Shown here one piece after another: positions 10,807 to 64,000 of a stretch of DNA of 64,000 bases. Position 1 is the first letter of the stretch; each line of letters opens with the position of its first letter. Made by a program: the position numbers and the translations under genes. The DNA is from Tubiluchus corallicola (Eukaryota; Animalia; Priapulida), in contig JAQGDQ010002382.1 in the NCBI GenBank assembly GCA_030141605.1, positions 248,001 through 312,000 of the forward strand. Direction: 5' to 3'. Under the pieces are notes generated by a model. It saw nothing but the letters and a program-made list of their open reading frames with translations, was not told where the DNA came from and did not search any database.

Positions 10807-13800
10807 CACAGATATGACTAAAAGCCAGTCTAAATAAATACTATAGTTATGTTAACACACAATATTTACACAATAACATTTTCACTGGTATCTCCCAATC
10901 AAAAAATAAGCTTAGCTTCATAAAGTGGCACTGAATACATGGAATCCTCAACACTGAATCAGACAGCCGTTTCATAAGAAAACGTTTTCTATTTTCATAT
11001 GTAACTGCATCATGCTATCATTCCGATATTATGTGCTTTGTACAGTCATGACAACATAAGTATTCACAATACTTTAAGTACCACGCAAATGTTGCTTATC
11101 AAGGCATTTCGACCAATAAGGTGCCAACACAGTGTGTGCAGAACCAGTCACTGGATCCTCCGGAATCCCGTTCCAAGGTGTAAAGAAGCGTGAAAAGAAG
11201 TCATAACCATCATCGCTGTCATCTCCTTGAAGTGAAATAATTACGCCACGTATCACGCCAGTCGAGTCTGATGCCACCATCTTATCAATCTGAGGATTTA
11301 GCGACTCCAGATCATTTCTAAATAAATAAACATATTTTTCAGACAGGAATACAAAAAAACTCACGCAAAATTTTATTTATACCCTGCTTGCAATCAGCAA
11401 GCGACGATGTACAGCCACTGGTATCAGTTAATTTTAAAACAACAATAGCGACAACCGACTAACACAGAAATCTTTGACAAGGATGATAAATCTTTTATTC
11501 AACAAATTGTAATACAATAATACACAAAGAGTGCCTCTTTTTGCAGGCAGACGTTTAATAAAGTTTACAGCATAATACAGTGAAATCTTATTTGTTAGCA
11601 CATTAAAAATAAATAACAATCCATATTAAACTAACTTCATTATGGGTCCAACATATTTTATATTACATCGCTTCCCATAGCCTCATAGAAGCATTATTTC
11701 CCAACTGAAAACAAAGTGGGCTATTCCTTTACCTTACTACACGACAAATCTTCATCTTGAGAATAACACAATTTAACAGTTTAATCATTTTGTTATTCGA
11801 GCAACACAATAAATTGCTATTATAGAGATCTGCAGTTTCTCGAAATAAAAGCATCTTTAATTAAACAAATGAAAGCATCAAAAATTATTGTCTCTTTTAC
11901 ATACAACACAATTGAACACAGTTCTTTATCTCCAATAAAGTACCACTACAAATGTGTAGTAAATGGCAAATTTAACATCAAAATCTGTCGTTTGAAACTA
12001 AGGACAAGCACAATCGCTCGCCCACTAATGATAACTCTCTTAACAATAAAGATTCTCTATTATTATACTGTTCAGAACGTTCAGAGCAAAGTTGCCCCAC
12101 ATTTTACAAATAGTGCACCTCTACTATATTTAGAAACACAAAAGTTTTACTTACATGTATCGAGTGATTAGCCCCAAAGACTACTTGCAAGTAATTTGAA
12201 ATAGAAGGGCTACATAATAAGCCAAAAAATATTAATGTCTAACAGCAGTATAAATGAACGACTAATTTTCAAGCTTTTTTTACATCTAGTCCTTTAATTC
12301 AAGCCACCTAGCCCATCATGTCAAAAATTTTACATCATTACATCGAAATTTTTACCGCTACACTGAAAATAATGAATCATGTGTAGATTTTTTTATTATT
12401 TGATTGGAATGGCCCCAACACCTGGGTACAGAAAAACCTACTTTTTTGTGACTAATTAACAGGATTAGCTTCTAATGATGTAATCCCTAGAAAAGAGCTG
12501 AAAAACTCCTGGAACACCCCAAATTAACTAGTCAACTAACAGGAGCATCTAGATGCCGTAACAGCTTAGAAATGACTACCCATCGTGCAAATGTGTTATA
12601 AGCATAGAATTCCTGACATCACAGAATATGGCAGTGACTCATATTTCTGCAACTAAAGGTAACAAATCCAATGTGCTATACTCCCAAGTCTTACAGTATA
12701 CTATATGTGATCCTTTCAACATTGAACCGTACCAATGGTAAATATAATGATCTTACGAGAACAAAAGAGTACATACAGTACCTTGTCAAGTTACTATCGA
12801 GAACTATCAGTAGTTTCTTGGTCGTTGGTGAATACTGCACATCTTTTACAGGCAGATTGCCTACACAAACCTGCAAGATTAAAATTAACTTTCACTTGGC
12901 ATCAGTAAATTCAAATAAAAACACAAAGTGAAATTGTCGAAATTCTACTATTGAATTCATTTTATTGTTTAAAGTGGTAGCAGTTATTTTTTAAATTACC
13001 TTTACTGTGTGTGAGATGGGAAATTATAATGACAATTACTCCTTCTTTTTTCTTACAATAAGATCTTAGCCTGTGACATTAAATAAATATATGCAGTTAA
13101 TTACAGCGATACTATGTACAGTGAATAGTGATTGTATTTTCTTCATTTACAGTCATACTAAACCTCGCTATAACATAAGGTTTTACAGCTTAAAATCCTA
13201 CCCCATTTACGAATATTCAATTTACTTTATTATAAACTTACTGTAAAACTTGTTTCTTTTGATTTTTTATTAAATGGCTGTTAGCGGTATTAAATTCGAA
13301 GAACCGCCATTTTTGTTGCGTGAGACGAATGGCGTTATGAGTAAAGTCACAAAGTCACCAAAGATTGGCAAACAAACATCGGTAACCGAAGACGCTTTCT
13401 GTACCTCGTATGTCATTTTAGCTCACTGGTGCCAAACAAGCGAAACACTGCAATTTTTACGGTAATGCACGCGTTCGAAATTTGCAAGAAAAAGGTAACT
13501 TATTTAATTTATCTCTTTTTTGTTTAATAACAACTATGAATACTTTATGTAATCATAATAATGTGTTAAGGAAACTTCAGTGTCTGTTGGGGTTATACAG
13601 GCCTTTAAAAAATTGAAATGTTTGATACTTAGGCCCTTATACAAGTCAACTAAAGTTTCAAAGTTGTGGAACTACGAACAACGAATGTAGCATTAGCACA
13701 AATTATGCAAATTTAAGTTAAAAATCTTGAAAAATCAACATGCTGTGTTTGTTTTCCAATTCAGTAAACTAATCGCAAACAATCGGTACATCTTTGTACT

Positions 13801-16800
13801 GCATGCATATTAAATGAGCACATTCAATACTCAAAATAAATAACTTTGATTAATACTGTTTTTACCTTCAGCAAATCAACAATGGATGACTTATCAAATG
13901 GCTGTGGTGGATTGGATGGAAGATCCATTAACAAATATCCATTCTCTTTCTTCTGCACAGTTAAAGGTCCACTCTTTGTTTCAAAAGTAAGTGAAGGGGA
14001 TGTATTACCTATTTATAAAAAAATATTTAAAAACTGAACAATGTGATGTGCACCAGCTATATTCTTGAGGTGTTACTTTTGAGATTTCAGTATAAATGGA
14101 TATAAACATATTGTGTAATTATGAAGATGACGATGATGATGGTGATGATGATGAGATGATAACGATGATGGTGCCAACAGTTAAAAGGGCAATCACTTAG
14201 ACACTGATGTTACCTGTTTCTATCAAATAAGGTGGTACAACACAGCACATGTATCACAATCTACTGAAATATTGATGAACTTACAGAAGCTGACATATAT
14301 TTAGCATTACCAATTGAGAAATATAATACAGCAGCAGTAGCCAGAGTTGCATGGCCACAGAGAGGAACTTCATTAGTAGGAGTAAACCAGCGCAATCCAA
14401 AATGGCTGCCATGCTGAAAATCATTGCTTCCAGGTTGACTTAACAATTTTACAAATGCAGTTTCCGATATGTTCATTTCGCTTGCAATACTTTGCATCAC
14501 CTCTTCTGATAAGTCATCGTGAGCCTAGAAACGACATATACACAAATAAAAACAAACAAATAGCAAGGAATCTATTTATGATCTACTATCCGATAATTTT
14601 TTTATTGCCTTTGTTTCTTTTTTTATTGGGTAGCCAGACTATAACAATTTCAGTAGTAATTATAGGGTCAGGTAAAATTTCTTGTTATTGTAAGAGTGCT
14701 TTGTCACTGCAATAATTACGTCCACTGTGTAAGACTGTAAGGTGTCCAAAGTTGATTTGAGGATTGGCTGTTTGGAAGGTCAGCACTCCGCTCAGTCCTT
14801 TTCACTATTAATAATTATTTCATGATTACTGATTAATGATACTGAATAAGAGGGTCGCACTCTAGTTAAAATTTTCAGATAATGCAAAGTTGTACAATCC
14901 AATTAACTCTGCAGCGGATTCCCTAATTTTACAGAATGACATTCAGTAATGGAGTAGGTTAAGTAATGACTGACAATGTTATTTAATGTTGATAAACGTG
15001 AGGAAATGCATTGGGGTTTACAGAATCTTAAAAGAAATTACATCATGAATGGAAGCAGAATAACTCTTCATAGTACAGATAGTAAAAGCAATATTGGTGC
15101 GATAATAACATTAAACTTGAAATTTTCCCAGCAATGTATTGTCGCTGTCAAAAAAGCAAATAAGAATTTGGGGACGTTTCTAGAAAGAAAGAAATTCTTT
15201 TGAAATCACACATTGCTTTGGTTAGGCTTCATTAAAATTAGAATGTTAATTTTTTTCCCTTTTGGTAAAAAATAATAGTATAATATAACTGTAATGATTA
15301 AAATAAAATGTTAATATAACATTATAATTAATTATTGGTTGCTATGTATGGGTAAAGGGGTGACAAATGAACATAAGTTTATTAGACCACGGAAATGGAA
15401 TAAATTTGATTGTTCCATTCTATAAACAAACCTTATATATAACCCCCGATAATATCTTTTAATCATAATTACATATCAATATAATATTGATATTCTTAAA
15501 TAGTGATATTTGTGCTATTTTTCTGGTTTTAATCATGATTAAAAGATATTAGAATAATAAAAGATTATAAAATACTGACCAAGAAAGAAAACATTTTGCA
15601 TAAATGTAGATGACAATAAAACTTTTTAAAAAGCGGTAACATTTTGACATTTGTAAATTTTCATTTCTGTGATAGCAAAATAAATGGAATGGTAATTTGT
15701 CTACCATGGTGACTGCCACACCAAGCCTAGTAAAGTTTAAATTTTTAAATGAAGATTATTTTGTGGAAAAATACGGGGTTTCTAGAAGTGTGCCTGCTTA
15801 ACTCCTAATCATTACAGCACAACATGCTGCAAAAGGGATGATAACATTAATAATAAAATTAACAGCACGATGAATGACAAACTTCCTTACTTGCGAAGTC
15901 TAAGACCTAGCCATAACACAGTTATTGACGGTCGCTCCTCAACAATTTCCGAAATTGAGGTGTCAACTGTTTCATTATTAAAGTAAATACCCAGACATTT
16001 TTTATCAATATGAAAATCAACAACTTAAGCAGAAAACGAAATATTGTAATCAAATTCCAGCATTTTTATCCATGGCAGTCAGGTGAATTAATTAATGAAA
16101 CGTGTTAAATCTCATTTTAAACGTGTTGAACACTTGCGGTACAGTTTCTACACTCTCCATGCTTCACCTGCGTGTGGTGAATAACGTTGTGGCAGGATGA
16201 GGGCGGTCATCCGAAAAGTATTATTGTATGCCGGTACAGGTCTGCATTTACTGGCTGGCGAACTGCCGCGTGTTAAACTGTTGAAAGTACAGCAGTTTAT
16301 TTTCATGTTGTGTAACTTTTTCGTATGTTATACGTGTGCAAATACCCAGAATTTGTGTAGCAGAGGATGTAGTAAAGCAACAAGCGATGATGACAGTCTT
16401 TTTAAGTCTACTGCCATGACGTCATCAGTGCATAGCCGCCCGAGCGCTGAATTGCGTGTATAAAGCAATTGGCATAAGTAAAATCGAGCAATTATTTATC
16501 TAATTACTTAATTATTTTCGAAAAGCGATAAGAATATCATTTCAACACATCATCCTTAAACTTTTGCTAAAAATTGCTGATGAGGCTGGGCTTTTACTTT
16601 AAGTGAATTCCAAGGGCCCACAACACGAGAAGCGAAGAAATGGGCTCTCATGTTAGTGCGAGAGCATTGTACAAATAATTTAGAATTGTCCATGTGAATC
16701 ATGCAGTGGTCTAGAAAAAAATTTGTTGCTACACAAATTGGAACTATCACTAATGACTTTTTAACAGGTAATAAGATCTATAGTATCACGGCGTTGTTCA

Positions 16801-17522
16801 AGCAAAGATACAAAGTCAGGTTGAATATCAGAGGCCAGAGTAATACACCTCCATTCAGTTCTTTCTAAAGCATTTTTAAAGGTGACATAAGGTGAGTGAC
16901 ATTGTCATACCATTGCTCAATTTCAGACAAGTCTGCTTGTAAGATCTCTTGATCAGAGGAATTTCTAATTGGACGGTAAGGCTTTATATCATCAAAAACA
17001 GCGGTATACGTGTGTCAGGGGATACACAATCAGTAACATCATTGACAAAAATAAGAAAACAATTGGGTCCTGACAAAGTCCCTTGAGGAATGCCACTGGT
17101 TATATTTCTCCAGAAAGTGGTTACACCATTTAAACCCATTCTTCGCTGTTTGTGTGTTAGAAAATATTGAAACCATTGGAGTAGTTTCCCTCTTATACCT
17201 GCAAATTCCATTTTTAACACGAGACGACGAAGAGGAACAAAATCAAATGCTTTTCTAAAATCAATATATAGAATATCAATTGATGGGAGAGAAGGTGCAT
17301 CAAAGAATTGCGACCAGTCATTTAGGCATTCAAGACTTGTTACAGTGGAACGTTGTGGTAATCAGCCATGACAAATCTATCCATGTTCAAAATAATGGGG
17401 GTAGCTGCAAAGGTGAGTGAGTTATTATTATTGACCTTGTTTTCCTTATTCAGGCAAACTGCTGCAGGATTTCCAGAAAATGGGTAACTTGTAAATGCAT
17501 CGACGGTAAATAACGACAACAT
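9763..17522 (-). CDS. PBLD: Phenazine biosynthesis-like domain-containing protein (PhzF/PhzC family), complete, 296 aa
   Basis: Six GT-AG exons 17522-17436, 14524-14311, 14008-13866, 12870-12782, 11317-11082 and 9884-9763 total 891 nt in frame. Motifs VDAFT..PFSGNPAAV, EMNISETAF, LRWFTPTNEVPLCGHATLA, YDFFSRFFTPWNGIPEDPVTGSAH and ARQCSKRGG; TAG at 9765-9763. Confidence 0.96.
14860..15230 (+). mobile_element. CR1-clade LINE reverse-transcriptase relic in PBLD intron 1
   Basis: Disrupted reading LQND...MLFNVDK...MHWG..N...YIMNG...LKFSQQC..VKKANKNLG, typical of the CR1 RT C-terminal part. Confidence 0.75.
16560..17340 (-). mobile_element. CR1-clade LINE relic (RT core plus 3' end) in PBLD intron 1
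   Basis: Minus strand reads DILYIDFRKAFD...GIRGKLLQW...SGIPQGTLSGP.CFLIFVND...LQADL and FFASRVVGPWNSL, with frameshifts and an internal deletion. Confidence 0.9.
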
Positions 17523-18003
17523 TCTCAACTTAATTAAGGAAAAGCTACGTGAAATAAACATTAGCACAAAAACAACGTATGAAAGGCGCAGACATTTTGT
17601 AATTGGCTTCTTGTACAGTGCTGCCGCAAAGAAAAATGCGGAGAAAACCAAAAATGCGCAGTGCATCAACCAGGAGCGGGGAGAATGTAGATTAGCCGTG
17701 TTAGGTGTTAGTTTTATCGTTATTCGTGTTACAAGTTGGTCAGATTTTATCAATTCGATGACTTTAGGTAACTTAAATTATCCTACTCGCTGTGATTTAC
17801 TGCACCAAGTGTGATTCTAGAAAGCACTTGTAAAACAGTAAGTCGATTCTTTAAGTGACGCTGTTGTTATCTCAGTTGGACAGATGCGCCATTTTCATCT
17901 TCATTTTAGTGTAACTGATTACTGAACCGTGAAATTTTAGGGATTTGTATAATTGGCGGCATATGAAACCCAACCATCGAGAAGGCAGGTGACTTTCACG
18001 AAC
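17523..18003. promoter_or_regulatory. Compact bidirectional promoter and 5' UTRs of PBLD and calcineurin A
   Basis: 481 bp separate the divergent ATGs; YY1-like cgccatttt at 17887-17895; two short upstream ORFs on + (17884-17925, 17963-17992). Confidence 0.6.
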
Positions 18004-61845
<43,842 letters not shown>

Positions 61846-62197
61846 GTGGGTATTTGTGTTTGCTGTGGCATTTACTTTTGCACATCTTACATTCTTTCAT
61901 CTTGAAGCTATAAAAATAGTGCCAATGCTTTTCTATACTATTGTCAAAAAAGACTTTTAGCATTGCTTATTTTAAAAGACAAGTTTGGGCAAACTTTGCT
62001 GCCGTATTTGTGCTGACAATGAATTACTTATATTATATGCTTATTAAAGACTAATTAAACATTGCAAAAAATTTGGACAAACCCTTGGCATAGTATACAA
62101 TTATTGTCTGGTGCAGGAAATTATATGAATTAGATATTGTATTAATAATAATTTTTATAAAATTAAAATTTTAAGCCTGTTATATGAAGCCAAAGTG

Positions 62198-62635
62198 GAA
62201 TACACTCGTATCTCGGTTTGCCGGAAGAACATCAATCAGAATTTGTCGATTGTCAGTATTTACCGATGCTAAAGTAACATAGTAGATGCCGTGTATTAGA
62301 CTCACGGTAAGGTAGAATCAATCGCCTAATTGTCTCAAAAACGTCTAGTACGAGCTGTTTCTATCCAAAGGTATATAATGAATATTGGCAATTGACCTAA
62401 ATAACTCTGCATAATTGATTCTATATTTACATACATATATATAGAGAGAGATATACACGTGGTTACACTAATGTAATGATGTAAACAAAGTGATGTCCCA
62501 CTAACTAGCAGTCAGCTCACGAAGCAACAGACTCTGTCCGTAGTATGCAGGACTTTTTCGCGGTCAAGATTTTGTCAGACTTTTCCGATATCTATAAAAG
62601 CGAGGTCAGACAAACCGAGATATGAGTACATATTG
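62198..62635. mobile_element. MITE-like element with ~25-bp inverted repeats
   Basis: actcgtatctcggtttgccgga (~62204) versus tcagacaaaccgagatatgagt (~62606). Confidence 0.6.
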
Positions 62636-62784
62636 CAGTTTTACAAGTTTACCATTCACTCTTGGCCGATTAATTTTCTTTAAAAAAAGTGCAAAGCGAG
62701 AGTCAATAACATATTATGCTAGAGACTTTGTGAACATGTGATAGTAATTTTAATTTTTTTCTTTCATTTTTACCATGGATTCAG

Positions 62785-62787
62785 ACG
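62785..62787 (+). CDS. Candidate 3-nt microexon (ACG) of calcineurin A, adds one Asp
   Basis: Long pyrimidine tract, then ttcag|ACG|gtaaga; frame-neutral in a phase-1 intron. Confidence 0.6.
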
Positions 62788-64000
62788 GTAAGAAAATTAC
62801 TTCACTTTTCACCTCTGTATGTATCAAGTTTGGCAGTGTATGGTGTGTGTTAAAAACTGTGCTGTTTTCCCCGTTCTGTACTTTGCATGTGTTGTGAGTG
62901 AACCTAATTCGGGACATTAATTTTTATGAGCATAAAAGTGACGTTATAGTTTTAGCAAATAACATCCAAAGTCAAGTGTCTCCGTAAGAAAAATGGCACC
63001 ATTTTAATACAGTGCACTGTTCTCATATGTGTAAAATAAGAACTAATTACTCATTTGTATGATTGATATAGGTGCAACTGTTTTTTAACTAACAGGTGTT
63101 TTAATGCGACACTTCAGCAACACTCCAAATTGCTTCATTTCCAGTTTGATAGTAACACCGTTTTTCTGTTTTTTTCTTGGAAACTATTCGGATAGCACTC
63201 AGTAAAATAATATTTTAGATTGATGTAGCATTTAAATATGTTGTTTCTTGAAAAAGCTGCAGATAATTTAAATATAGTTCGTTTTAATCTTGGATCGATC
63301 ATAATCACGCAATTATGTGTGAATAAGAGAACATAAAAATACTCTTGTGATCAAGGTCTTGAGGTTTTAGTTGCCTAAACTTAAGTTTTGCTTCGCATGT
63401 TTTCTGGCTTATTTTCTTTTGAATTAGCGACATGTTTCTTCTGTTTTTCAAACGGCAGATGATGGTGAGACTTATTTGTTGTAAATTTGCACAGTGATGC
63501 ACCCTTGTTTTCGATGGCATCTCAAACTGTGGGCAGCACGTCCACAAAGTTGTCGTCTTCCTCCTCTAAAGTGCACAACCTTTGTGAAAATCTGTGTTGT
63601 AAACAATACTGCACAAACCTTCTGTCATAAAATGAATCATCAATGGTGCAGGGTATTTTCGAAATTTAGCAATAGGAAAATCGGTATCAAGTAACATTTT
63701 AACTTTAGAAAATACGGTTTGTTCTCATCATTTTAAGAGGAAAAACTATTTCCGATACCTGGTGGCTAGCTTTTGTAGCCTGGTGACACTTGAACACAAT
63801 CAATCAACATTACTTAACTTGTTGAACAAGCTTATATTAGATTTGCTTACTCAGTGGGTTTTACTTGTTTCTTATTATGATACTTGTAGTCATTGATTTC
63901 CCAGCTTTGTGACCCTTTATTTAACAGAAATTGAGAAAATTAGTAGGCCGGATTTGTTGTATTAGTCGGCTTCGATGTTTTGCACAACTTTCTTTCTACA

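Noticed and set aside
17523-17753. In-frame N-terminal extension of PBLD in the ORF track
   Set aside because: Family similarity starts at the ATG at 17522; the extension runs through the promoter region.
62300-62306. Second ag|actcacg|gtaagg micro-exon candidate
   Set aside because: 7 nt (frameshifting), no pyrimidine tract, and inside a MITE.

Overview
AT-rich, intron-rich animal (probably invertebrate) genomic DNA; not prokaryotic. Four spliced genes are arranged as two head-to-head pairs: <-MTA (5' end only) | SRPBCC/START-fold membrane protein-> <-PBLD (PhzF-like, complete, 6 exons, 296 aa) | calcineurin A-> (10 exons seen, continues past the window end). Introns carry hAT-, Kolobok-, Tc1/mariner- and Helentron-like elements, CR1/RTE LINE relics, a tRNA-derived SINE, a 53-bp satellite and microsatellites. 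Most notable signals: a candidate 3-nt microexon in calcineurin A (62785-62787); a frame-symmetric acidic cassette exon that could switch the SRPBCC protein between membrane-anchored and secreted forms; a GC-AG intron in MTA; a duplicated calcineurin exon-5 donor; and a K50-homeodomain (TAATCC) site cluster. Exon boundaries were read by eye and family names come from recalled motifs, not database searches.
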